From Octopus bimaculoides (taxonomy: Eukaryota): a stretch of 64,000 bases of DNA. Location: positions 40,833,716 through 40,897,715 of the forward strand of contig NC_068998.1 in NCBI RefSeq assembly GCF_001194135.2, written 5' to 3'. Made by a program: the position numbers and the translations under genes. Positions 52,261-64,000 of this stretch are shown here, piece after piece. Within the stretch, counting starts at the first letter, position 1. Every line of letters begins with the position of its first letter. The notes under the pieces are model-generated. The model did no database searches. It had not been told where the DNA came from and saw only the letters and a list, made by a program, of their open reading frames with translations.

Positions 52261-52572
52261 CTTACAGGGTCTCCCTCTTCCACAAGTTCCATCCACTTTA
52301 AGTGATTGGCACACGTACACACACACACACAATACAAGCATGTGTGTGTGTGGTGGTCCACCTCACCACTTGGTAACCAGTATTGGTTTGTGTACATACC
52401 TGCAGGTTAGCAGTTTGGTAAAAGAAGCCACCAAAATAAATGCTAGACTTGAAAAAGTAGATTCTGGGGTCAATTTGTCCAACTAAAACCCTCCATGGCA
52501 GTACCCCCAGCATGCCTAGTAGTCTAATGACTAACACAAGTTATGTATGTGCTGGTGTTGATATACATACAT

Positions 52573-52630
<58 letters not shown>

Positions 52631-53055
52631 CAATATATAAATATACTATGTGCATACCTACATATATATGTATTTATACATGCATATATGGGTACAGGAC
52701 ATAAAAAAAAACGTAGACAAAACGAGATATATATACACATATATTCTATATCTATACCTAACTACTTCTCTCTTTAAATATGCGATCAGGCTCTCTCAAT
52801 GAATGTAGTATTTATTTATATTTAATAAAATTCAGCTGCAGTTAGATAAAGTAATGGGGTTCTTCTTATTCTAGTCTTCCTAAGGTACAAATAATAAAGG
52901 AAATATTTACACACATCTCTTTGTTTAAACACTGAAACGAAAAATAGAAGTAAAGAGAAAAGAAGTGAAGCTGGTTGACGGTTTTAAAGGAAAAAAAACT
53001 TCGATTTAATATAAATAAAATTAAATAAACAGAAATCGTCTGCTAAGAAGGATTA

Positions 53056-53105
53056 AATATGGCGCGACCGCCAGAGCAGAAGTTGAAGGTGAAGGACAAA
53101 AGAGG
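53056..53105 (-). promoter_or_regulatory. candidate TCT-type initiator (+1 at ~53104) with downstream YY1/Pho-type site
   Basis: Minus strand CCTCTTT fits YCTYTYY; CGCCATATT (plus strand AATATGGCG, 53056-53064) fits AANATGGCG; lies at the CpG-rich/CpG-poor boundary. Motifs are short, so inference only. Confidence 0.3.
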
Positions 53106-53243
53106 TGCACGGGAAGGAAATGGAAGAGAAAAAAAATAAGAGAGATAATTGAAAGTTGAGGCGGTTTCTATCTTCGCTTCGACTAATAACAAAACTATAT
53201 TTACTACAACTACTACTGTACTATTCATTATTTTTATTCATAA

Positions 53244-53347
53244 AGGCGTCGAAGTAGCAGAATCCTTAGCACGGAGTTCAAATTCAACCGAGGTCGACTT
53301 TGCCCTTCATCCTTTCGAAATCGATAAAATAAGTACCAGTTGAGCAC
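53244..53347 (+). mobile_element. Nin-domain-type SINE (family B), internally deleted, runs into gap
   Basis: ggagttcaaattcaaccgaggtcgactttgcccttcatcctttcgaaatcgataaaataagtaccagttgagcac. Confidence 0.85.
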
Positions 53348-54054
53348 NNNNNNNNNNNNNNNNNNNNNNNNNNNNNNNNNNNNNNNNNNNNNNNNNNNNN
53401 NNNNNNNNNNNNNNNNNNNNNNNNNNNNNNNNNNNNNNNNNNNNNNNNNNNNNNNNNNNNNNNNNNNNNNNNNNNNNNNNNNNNNNNNNNNNNNNNNNNN
53501 NNNNNNNNNNNNNNNNNNNNNNNNNNNNNNNNNNNNNNNNNNNNNNNNNNNNNNNNNNNNNNNNNNNNNNNNNNNNNNNNNNNNNNNNNNNNNNNNNNNN
53601 NNNNNNNNNNNNNNNNNNNNNNNNNNNNNNNNNNNNNNNNNNNNNNNNNNNNNNNNNNNNNNNNNNNNNNNNNNNNNNNNNNNNNNNNNNNNNNNNNNNN
53701 NNNNNNNNNNNNNNNNNNNNNNNNNNNNNNNNNNNNNNNNNNNNNNNNNNNNNNNNNNNNNNNNNNNNNNNNNNNNNNNNNNNNNNNNNNNNNNNNNNNN
53801 NNNNNNNNNNNNNNNNNNNNNNNNNNNNNNNNNNNNNNNNNNNNNNNNNNNNNNNNNNNNNNNNNNNNNNNNNNNNNNNNNNNNNNNNNNNNNNNNNNNN
53901 NNNNNNNNNNNNNNNNNNNNNNNNNNNNNNNNNNNNNNNNNNNNNNNNNNNNNNNNNNNNNNNNNNNNNNNNNNNNNNNNNNNNNNNNNNNNNNNNNNNN
54001 NNNNNNNNNNNNNNNNNNNNNNNNNNNNNNNNNNNNNNNNNNNNNNNNNNNNNN
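53348..54054. other. assembly gap (707 N)
   Basis: Run of N. Confidence 1.
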
Positions 54055-54430
54055 TATATATATATATATATATATATATGTGTATAGACAAATGTGTGTA
54101 TACATAAATAAACACACACGCACACACATATCAACTCCGCTAATTATAAATGTATATTTCAACACCATTTTACCTATTATAAACCACTTCTAGTCACGCC
54201 GCTAATAGTAAAAGTAGAGGGAGGGAGAGGACAAACAGAATTAATCAAACACACACATATACATACATGCACACACATCTATATATACATACATACATAA
54301 TCACAATATTGAGAATATTTGCACGAGGGTGTAATTTTTATGTTCAACATTGATCGAGTGTGACCACCTCATCGTCGTTTTCTTTCTTTTTTTTTACCTA
54401 TCAGAGAGTGCATCAATCTTTAAGGGCAAT

Positions 54431-54600
54431 TTAGCTGCTATTTCTAATACCCCCATCGTTCTGTATCTACCAGGGACTATATATTAATCCAACGCGCTTT
54501 GAAGGAGAATTGGCTCCTATCTCTAATACTCCGTCGTTTTGTATCTACCAGGAGCTATATATTAATCCAATGCACTTTAAAGATTTTGCTACTGTTTCTA
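54431..54600. repeat. 79-bp tandem duplication built on the unclassified GCTGCTATTTCTA repeat
   Basis: ttagctgctatttctaatacccccatcgttctgtatctaccagggactatatattaatccaa at 54431 recurs as ttggctcctatctctaatactccgtcgttttgtatctaccaggagctatatattaatccaa at 54510. Confidence 0.8.
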
Positions 54601-54973
54601 GCATGTCTGTCGACCATACAGAGGTTCCTTCATCAGAATACAGCGCGTAGTGAGGTATGTATTATTAACACGACACAAAGTGGCTAGCACTTCTGATTTA
54701 ATTAAGATTTAGTTAATCAAGTCTATACCTGTATGAAGGTGAACAGGGTTAGACAACAATAAGCTCAGTATGTGCTCCTTCTCCTGTCTTTAAAACGGCA
54801 TAAAAGTGTGTTTTGATGGAGATCAGGCTGCCACGGCTTGTAGAAAGAAGAGGAGCGAGCCTTCGTTGGCTTGATGGAGGGGAAAAAAAGAAACCAAATG
54901 AACAGGAAGAAACCCTTATGCACGTTGTGTAACAAATATCATTAACAGAGTGGAAATTTTTGTTAAATTCACA

Positions 54974-55127
54974 GTGGCTGTGTGGTAAGTAGCTTGGTTA
55001 CCAACCACATGGTTCTGGGTTCAGTCCCACTGCGTGGCACCTTGGGCAAGTGTCTTCTACTATAGCCTCGGGCCGATCAATGCCTTGTGAGTGGATTTAG
55101 TAGGCGGGAACTGAAAGAAGCTCGTCA

Positions 55128-55160
<33 letters not shown>

Positions 55161-55364
55161 TTGTGTCTGTGTTTGTCCCCCCTCCATCGCTTGACAACCG
55201 ATGCTGGTGTGTTTACGTCCTCGTAACTTAGCGGTTCGGCATAAGTGACCGATAGAATAAGTACTATGCTTACAAAGAATAAGTCCTGGGATCGATTTGT
55301 TCGACTAAAGGCGGTGCTCCAGCATGGCCGCAGTCAAATGACTGAAACAAGTAAAAGAGTAAAA
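54974..55364 (+). mobile_element. CORE-type SINE (family A), full length, CpG-intact reference copy
   Basis: Pol III A-box-like tggctgtgtgg and B-box-like ggttcagtccc; CORE-like ggcaccttgggcaagtgtcttc; internal (TA)n; tail gactgaaacaagtaaaagagtaaaa. Confidence 0.92.
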
Positions 55365-56119
55365 TCTCCAACTTGATTGGATGTCTTGAAAAACTTTAGA
55401 ATGGGGACTGCCGTTAAAAGTTTTTTTTTGTCATTTAACATTATATGTATGTATGTATGTTATATACAGTCATCATCCATCATATATATTCATCTTGTGT
55501 GTATGAGTAGTGATGATGAATAATACTTCAAGGTGGTGGTAAGTTTCGTTTTTGATTGCTGGCTACGTATGAATTTTAAATGGTTCAAAATGGAAATATC
55601 TGTGTGTTCTGTGTTTGTTGGTAACTAAGATATATCCATAACAATAACCGTTCACGCAACCAACCACTGCATGAAACACATGCAATCGATGTCTGTCTTT
55701 CCCTCTGTGTGCGTGTGTGTGTATGAATGCTAATTAAAATACAAAGACAAGCAGAATCAGACGAAACAGATACGCAGACAAAACAAACCTCCAAAAAGCA
55801 CAAAGGCAAATTAAATACACAGGTTATCTTCTAATATATTTCACACTCACATTTATAGGATGCTTCAGGTGAATATATGATAGCGCGAGGATAGACAAGA
55901 CACATGACATTGATAGATGGACAAAGAAATAGACATAGACACGCAGAGAGTGACCCGTTGTATGTAAACACATCATTTGTCGACATGACTCCTCCGTGAA
56001 TAATAAACATTCTGCAATTTATTGACATCTTTATATATATATACGTTTGGATGGATAAACGTGGGGAAAAATGCATTCAATAAACGTAGTGTATAGTTAT
56101 TCGTTCGAAGCTGATGATT

Positions 56120-56345
56120 CATTCTGTTAGCGCGGCGGACAAAGTGCTTAATGGTATTTTTTCCAGGTCTGAACGATCAAAGTTCAAATTCCATGGATGT
56201 CGACCTTTACCCTTCATCCTCCCGGGGTTCGATAAAATAAGTGCCAGTTGAACACCGTGACTAATGTAAACAACTAAGCTCTCCCCTCCCTGTAAAATAA
56301 TATAAATAAAATAAAGAAAATGTTGGCCTTGCGCCAAAATTTGAA
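56120..56345 (+). mobile_element. Nin-domain-type SINE (family B), diverged
   Basis: aagttcaaattccatggatgtcgacctttacccttcatcctcccggggttcgataaaataagtgccag. Confidence 0.75.
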
Positions 56346-57399
56346 GCCGTTATTATCATTATTTTGTTTGTTATGTGTAATCCTGCAACTGACATAAAAT
56401 GGTAGAGCTTACTATGTTGAGGTCATTCCCACGGGTAATCAATTACATATACCATTCATTAGTGAGTGAAGTGGTTCCAGATGAGAATCGAAACCGCTGA
56501 TTGCGTGTGCACGCCATCTTACCGCCATTAGCAAATAATAATAATAGCAAAACGAGAGATGAATATAATAGATTTGATAGGCTATACACACACACACAGA
56601 CCAAAGCCCGAGAAATTTATAAGAGTTGTTTGTGTACATTAATATTCTGTAATCCATAAACCAACGAGACGGCCGCTTGATCAGATAAAAGAAATAGCAG
56701 CCAAAATCTCCATTAACTCAAACCCTGCCGGCTTTTAAAACGATGACACGGAGAAGGTACTCTTATATACACCGTAATTTGACTAAAAAGAAGAAAAAAA
56801 AAAAAGACGAGATGGTCACATTTGAAAAGCCTTTTCATTAGAGAATGATTTAGGCCGAAACATCGTACCTATCAGTCTAAAACTAGTTGGTCTTTGATAT
56901 ATAATTAACGCAGTCAGAAATTTGAAGAGCTATATAAATATTGATCGGTGTATAACCACACACGTACGTACATGTGCGCGCGCGTGTAAACATTAAAAAA
57001 ACCGATAGAGGCAAAAATATATGTGTATATACATACATACACACACTTCTTGGATTGCTGATAAGAGCATGAAAACTAAAGCATGTGTCTAAACGAAAAC
57101 ACCGTACACACTATTTCACACACGTATGGATCGTACACTTGGTTGCTTAACCCACTACAATCAAGTGCAGCCCAGCTATGGCAATCTCCTCTGTTTAGGG
57201 TTACGTCTAATGCGTTCTCTTCCCAGCAGGGTGAGATTTGGCTGCTATTTCTAGAAGATCGAGCGACCATATTGAGGCTTCCTTATTTGGCTCGTGAACT
57301 TTATTTCAACCATATGTGGGCCTCGGCTTCGAATGTACGCACACGTGTGTGTGTATTTCTTTTGTACCCCGAAATAAACAATTTTATACATATTCCTTG

Positions 57400-57620
57400 C
57401 TGTTAAGGGGATCGAATAGCTCTGAGATGGTTCCGCTCAAACCATCGCTAGTTGTAGAGAAAGGGCCAATGCGAATGCCCCACCACCATCAACTAATTCC
57501 AATTCAAAGAGAACCGATGCAAGTAGTTCCTTTATCGGCTGGGAAGGATGAAAGGCAAAGTCGACCTCGGCAGGTTTTGAACTCAGAGAGCGGTAATAAC
57601 AGAAAGTATTCCAGACGAAC
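57400..57620 (-). mobile_element. Nin-domain-type SINE (family B), diverged
   Basis: aaggatgaaaggcaaagtcgacctcggcaggttttgaactcaga. Confidence 0.7.
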
Positions 57621-58099
57621 TCATGTGTGTGTGGCCGATAAGTTATAAATATCTAATCACAAGAACAGCAAACAATGGTGCCCCTACATGATCACTCAAC
57701 TGCTAGAAATAGCAGCTAAATTTCCCTCAATTCGCACTATATCTTCATATATTAGTATACTGGAAACAAGATACGCGATGATGAAAGAAAGGCAGAGGGA
57801 TGGTCTTATTTGGAACGCTTCTGATCACAGCTCCTCGCCCATAATCGATGACGACTTGAAGTTAAACAAGAAATAGATCGTTGATACATATAAAAATAGT
57901 GGAGAGAAAAATCAAGCTGGGATTGAAACAAAAGACTGAAGTAAAAGATACAAACAAGCCTCGGTTACTCATTCGAAAAACCGCACAGCCAGTGTCAAGA
58001 CAGTTTGATTTAAACGTGTGTTCGTGGCATTATATATTCGTGTGTATATATATAGTAAATGCTAGAGCTGCCACTGTTGCTGTTGACATGGCGCTGACA

Positions 58100-59330
58100 A
58101 CATTCGCATACACTCGCTTTTGTTTTCTTGCAATTACAACCATTCATTCAACCCCTTCTTCTTATTGTATTAATCTCTCTCTCTCTCTCTTTCTGACTCA
58201 TCCCATGTCTTTCGCCCTCAGTCTAATCTTATACCTTCCTCTGCTCTTCTCACTATCATTCTCATACCACTGTCATGCACTTTTACTCCTTTCTAACAAT
58301 GTTAGTTCTGTTAATCTCCCTCTTTCTCTCTTTGTTTCCCCAAACTCATCCCACAACTCCTATACCTACTACTATTACTGTTGTCACTATCACTCAATCT
58401 ACACTTATGGCATTTTCTGTTCTTCCTCTCACTATCTCTCCTATAATCGCTATTACCCTACCCATTTCTCACTCTATTTATACTCATACCACTTCCTCTC
58501 ACCCTCACCGTGTTAATATCTTTCTCATTCCAGACCTCCCCCTCATATACACCCTCTGTTGTCTGTTATTTCTCACACTTCTCCCCCTATTGCTATATCA
58601 GCATTTCTCTCATCATACAGGGTGTATTGCTCTAGTTTTTCCTATTACCCTCACTCATTTCTCTTTCTTTCTTTTTCATCCCCTCATTGTATCATTCTCT
58701 CTCTCTCTCTCTCTCCGTGTCTTTTAACCTCTTGTATCAAATTCTCTCGTCACATAAGCTGCTACTGCCAGTGGAGTTGGTATGGCGCTGAAAAACAGTA
58801 CTATAATAACACTTACTCGCTCTCTCTCTAGGCGACATCTCTTCCTCTCCCTCTTTAGCTGTTGTTTGCTGCTATGGTTGCAGAGAAACAACATTCTTTT
58901 TCTCTCACAATATCGATGCGCCGTCCTTCGGCTTCAGTCTTTTTTCTCCCCCCCCCTCTATTGATGTTTCACTCACTCAATCTTACTCTTATTTCTTTAT
59001 TCCTTTCATTCGTTCTTCATTCTTTTCAGAGCCTTTTTTTCTATGTTTACCATGACGTCTCTCTTTCCATCGCTGCGTACGTCGTGTGTTTTATTCCTCT
59101 GTATACTTTCTTATTCATGTTGTTCTAACCAAAACAACCACACGTATCAGCTGTCACATTTTCGTGTTTTGTCAGAATAAGTAATCCTTCCTACTCAACT
59201 TCCACACCGCCTCCCTTAACGAGAACTGTCTCTTTATTTACCATCAACTTCTCGGTACAACCCCGCCCTAACCCTTATTCACTTTACCGCCTCCTATCTA
59301 TGAAACTATGTCCTCTTCCCCTCCTATCTA

Positions 59331-59362
<32 letters not shown>

Positions 59363-59800
59363 CATACATATATGTATGCAATTACCTTTATCTGCGACTG
59401 TCCTACTCGCAACTCCACACTATCCCTTCGATCTATACGTCTCTATACTTCCTTCGTTATGTAAAACTGTCTTTCTATCTTACACATTCCGATCCGTTTG
59501 TCCCCCTCCCTCAATGCAACCATGTCTTTCTGAAAATAACCTCAGCCTATTCCTCTCGACACCCATCCACTCTATTCTTTACCTATATTATGAAGCGCTC
59601 CCCCCCTCTCCTATATCTAGCTCACTCATCCTATCCCCTCAGTTTCTATAAACAAATATATTTACTCTTCCTTTTCCTCTCAACGTGGCGGCACCTCTGG
59701 TATATCTCTTACCGCTTTCTCTCTCACTGTTCACTCTACCTTCCGCTCCTACTTACTCTTCCATCACTTCGTCCTTTCTTTCTCTCTGGAACCAGGCAAC
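58100..59800. repeat. long CT-rich (polypyrimidine on +) low-complexity block
   Basis: Dense ctct/tctt/ccct runs; the spurious L/S/F/Y-rich ORFs in the track arise here. Confidence 0.8.
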
Positions 59801-61285
59801 AATCGTGTTGTTTGTTCATTGCGACTACGAGACTAGGTCATGCTGGAGCAACCACTTCTCTATATTTACATTTGAATACATCGTTGTAACCTTTGGAAAA
59901 CCATAAATATCTTGTTCAGATTACAATTTTGTTGCTATTTAATTATCCAAATTTTTTAATGTTACAAAATGATAACGAGAATAATAATCGGTTCTAATTT
60001 AGGCACAACGCGAGTAATTTTGAGGGGAGGGGTAACTGGTCGATTACGTCGACCTTACGATGTAACTTAGATCTTTTTTCCCGATCGACTCCAAAAGGAT
60101 GCATGGAAAAGTCAACCACGGCATGATTTTAACACCGAAAAAATAGAAAATAAATAAAGCAAATTTTTTTATTACAAGGAATTTTATTATCGTTGTTGAA
60201 AATAAAAAATAACGTATATTAAATTATTTCAGAAACACCCGAAATATTTATTTATCCATGTTATTTAGCCCTAGGCTATTCTCAATATAAGGTCAATGAT
60301 TTTTTCAGTTTATTTCAAACTACATTGTCGAATACATTTCCTTTGTTTTTGGCGAAGTTTGGGAGTGATTTGAGAGATTTGGTCACTACTTCTAGGAGGT
60401 TGAATCAACCACGTACAAGCTCCTTTGTTGAATAGTGTGTAGTAGATTCATGGTGTACTGCATGGAGTCACATTGTTTCCTTGCTCTGTTTGAAGCAATA
60501 AAGTTTGATGGAAGGGAAATTTAGCTATTATTGCTTTTTGAACGACAAGGTACGTATGGTGAGGTTTCACCATGAGTGTACACTATTTATACTTATTTTT
60601 AGTAGGCGTTAAGGAGATCGTACCTCAAAGAAGTAAAACAACTGCCCACGGCTGTTTTGAAAGAGTATAGACACCACCACCACCACCACAATAATAATCA
60701 GGTCGAATCCAATGACTAATGCTACCTCTCCTTAGAACACGAAATCAGTTTTCATTAAGCCACACCTCATCGATATTTCACTTATGTAGAAGCTGACTAC
60801 ATCGATAGATTTATTATTGTCTCTCGCTCAATGTTTTATTATATATTATGTGAAATTCCAGTTTAAATAAGATATAATTCTGGTGAAAGAACTGACTTTA
60901 AATGAATAAATATATCCTTACACTAAATGTATTTAACGTTTTCTTTCTATTTAGTTTACAAACTGTAAAACTTGCATACACACACACACATTCACATACA
61001 GATAGGCGCACAAATTCCAAAATATTTTTGACAATTCCCCTTATTACCCCCACCCTCTGTCAGCATGAATCGAGTTATTTCTGTCTGTACGTCAATCATG
61101 TCTTAGTGAAATATCCAGCATTCATCCGCTCTATACCACGATAAAACATGCTGACAAGTAACTAGATCAACATGAAATACCTCATATTTCACCATAAGTG
61201 AGAGATAAGAAAAGCGACTGAAGTAAAAACACAAACAATATCCCCCCTACCGAATCCCATACGATATGTATACATACACATGTAC

Positions 61286-61326
<41 letters not shown>
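61286..61326. repeat. (ATCT)n tetranucleotide microsatellite
   Basis: Direct reading. Confidence 0.95.
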
Positions 61327-63335
61327 ATCCATCCACACAAACACATTAGGCCCCAAAAATTATAACAACTAATGAAGAAATCAGCCTTGCACATGTTCGT
61401 TTGTACTGCCTTTCCGTTTTTCTTATGAAATCTCCTTGTCCACCTTTCTGCAACACACACATGTAAATTGATTACCACCACCATCAATACTAGCAATTGT
61501 ATTAAAGTGAAAATCGAATGTGTTGTAAATTCGATTTTATTCGCTCTCAGAGGGTTGCACTAAGCCGTAAAAGCCACAGCAACAACAGATAGTACGGGGT
61601 AACACGACCTGCAAGAAATTGTATGAAAATCTCGCATAAAACTAACCATAATCTACTTCTAATATTAGAAAAAAAAGAAAGAGATTGTCATGAGGAGAGC
61701 GCCTTTTCGTAATAAAATCGGTTGGCTCATCTGACTCGTGAAAAGAGGGTTATTTTCTGTAAAAAGGCGCAAAAGTGATTAGAATGACCCCCTAGTATTA
61801 TTAACTGGTATTTAGTTCATTGTCCTTGGAGAACTGTGAATTCACAACGTGCAGGAGCGATGGGGTAAGAAAACTGTCCCTACCATTCATTCTTCATAAA
61901 ATTGGAAGTCACCCGTAAATGTCTTACGCATTTTTCGTCTGGGAAGGACAAACAGAAATTAGACTGGGCATAAGTTCTCTAAGGATCAAAAATATATACT
62001 CGCCACTCGCAAACACACACACACACATATATATATGTATGTATATACGGCTACTATAGTATGTAAATAGAGCAGTGTATATAACATGTATGTAATTTTT
62101 ATTCCGAACAATAAGTGATCTAGCAATGATGATGATAGAAAAATGTAACTATTTTGTGTTTCGTGTTTTTTCTTCATATATAGGAATCGAACTGTGTTAT
62201 TTTCTTCTGGTCTATCTATCGTTCCTACTTCTTTCTTGTTAGTGTATAAGAATATTTAATGCAGATTGTCTGCCTAACAACACCAGAGGACAACCACAGC
62301 ACGCAACAACTTCATGCTCACTTTTTCATAAACACGGGTAATTAGCTGCAGAGAACAGAATGACAGAATAACGGAGCAGCTAAGGGACGAATGAAGGAAA
62401 AGCAATATCGAGTTGGTGATTACAGAACGAACGAACGAAAGAAGGAAGGAATGAAGAAGACAAGTCAACGAACGAAATTGTTAGAACTATCGAACGGAAG
62501 GAAAATAAATGACAGACTGGGAGGACGAATAAACTGATAAAATAATCCAACAGATATAAAAGGAATAATAAAGATCGATGAATATGAGGTTAAATTGATA
62601 AATAAAAGGTAAGGAAGAAACGAATAAAAGAATGTAATAAATGAACGACTAAAGAGAGAAAAAAAGATATTGGAATAAAATACAATGAACGATGGCCTAA
62701 CCGTATTTTAGGAAGTTAAATTTATTAGGAAGCCAACGAGCACAAACTATGTCAGAAACTTAACTATATATATCAGTGATATGAATTAGAGATGAGAGTA
62801 TTTTAAAATAGCAATTTTTTTGTGTAAAAAAAAAAAAGAAGAGCTTACATGTTTCTGTAGAGGTACACATGACTGCAGTATTGGGAATCCTTATAAGTTT
62901 CAAGTACATATTGTGGGGAAATAGAGATATTTACAATTACTACTAGAGGATAAATTGTGTTATGAAGAATATATTCTTCAATCAAGTCATGCGTGTAAAA
63001 CAAAGCATTTTTGAATTTTCGATTGCGTGATTATATATATAGATGCATGTGTGTGTGTGTACCTCAACTTTAGGTCGCAAAACGAGCAATCTTTGTGGAG
63101 GAATAAACAAAACAAAAGCAGTTATCTTCGACAAATAACTGGTAGTTGTCTGGGTGTCTATAAACACCGAAGTAATGTGTATACAATATATACACGCTAA
63201 GTTCAATTCAATAGCAACATGGCTGAGGGACGTTCTACCTAACTATATATATACAAAGTGAGGGTTTTACAGATTTAATAATACACAAGATCCCATTCAA
63301 TCTGTTGTGAGCCAAATTATAATTATCACTAATAA

Positions 63336-63373
<38 letters not shown>

Positions 63374-64000
63374 GCAGTTAGTTTGATAATTCATCTTAGG
63401 TTTCTAGCCCTCCCCTCGTCTTGCAATATTCTGGGGTCGATTCAATTAAATGAAGTACAATAGAAGACCCTGGCTGTCCTCTACCAGAAAATAAAAATAT
63501 CATTGCTGTCGTCTTCTGTTCAAATAAATCAATATTAATATCAAATAAAGTGTTTAATATATATTATATGTGCGTATAATATGCGCGTGTATAAATATAA
63601 AAAGTTTCCTGTTGTAATCGGAGAAATTAGTTTCGTCGTTGGTTGTTGAGTCTATGTGAATTTTAAACACTAATCTAACAATTAATGCTACTAATTTGCT
63701 AAAAAAAAAAAAAGCATTTTATAATGAACGGAAGGAATAAGAAACATTTATAACTAAACACAAAAATCCATAATCGAACGGGGTAGGGGTGAAAAAAAAA
63801 GTTTAGAAAGCAACGTAAGACTGTGAAATAAAGAAGAAATGAAGCCAGCAAGGAAGAAGAAAATATGTGTAGTTTCCTTTTTTTGTAATAAACAGCAGTT
63901 TGAAAATGAAGGTGAAGGTTGATTGTGAAATGTCTAGCGGCAACCCCAATTCAATTGGTGTCTCTTCCTTTCCTCGCTCTCTCATTCTTCTTTGCTCTTT

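Noticed and set aside
50542-52486. ORFs of 189 aa (-) and 184 aa (+)
   Set aside because: They run through SINE heads, RTE tails and (TA)n/(CA)n repeats; no protein-like signal.
53234-54168. Four long ORFs (255-297 aa) in the track
   Set aside because: They consist almost entirely of X from the 707-N gap.
57881-59889. ORFs of 211, 150 and 193 aa
   Set aside because: L/S/F/Y/H-rich translations of CT-rich low-complexity DNA that lacks stop codons by composition.
1-64000. tRNA genes, CRISPR arrays or prokaryotic defence loci
   Set aside because: tRNA-like A/B boxes all belong to SINE heads; there are no regularly spaced repeat-spacer arrays or operon-like ORFs, and the DNA is clearly eukaryotic.

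Overview
AT-rich eukaryotic (animal) genomic DNA with three assembly gaps and many microsatellites. The repeat content points to an octopus genome (inference): tRNA-derived CORE-type and Nin-domain-type SINEs resembling the Octopus OK/OR SINEs, and RTE-LINE 3' tails ending in (GAT)n. No prokaryotic features, CRISPR array, rRNA or intact tRNA were seen, and no protein-coding gene can be named. Well-supported content is mobile DNA: (1) a near full-length, stop-riddled Hsmar1-like (D34D) mariner at 27169-28392 inserted into a SINE; (2) a decayed Academ-like transposase at ~10.6-11.6 kb; (3) a maT/DD37D fragment; (4) RTE reverse-transcriptase and tail fragments; (5) at least 8 TTAA-flanked piggyBac-like MITEs; (6) Penelope-type inverted repeats, one carrying a hammerhead-ribozyme motif at 46793-46868. 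By eye the window splits into alternating CpG-depleted (1-27 kb, 40.1-52.7 kb) and CpG-rich (28.4-40.1 kb, 52.7-64 kb) domains, suggesting two methylated gene bodies. Candidate minus-strand exons (110-203, 38362-38580 and weaker ones) and a TCT+YY1-like promoter at ~53.1 kb are reported as hypotheses only. Boundaries of decayed repeats are approximate.
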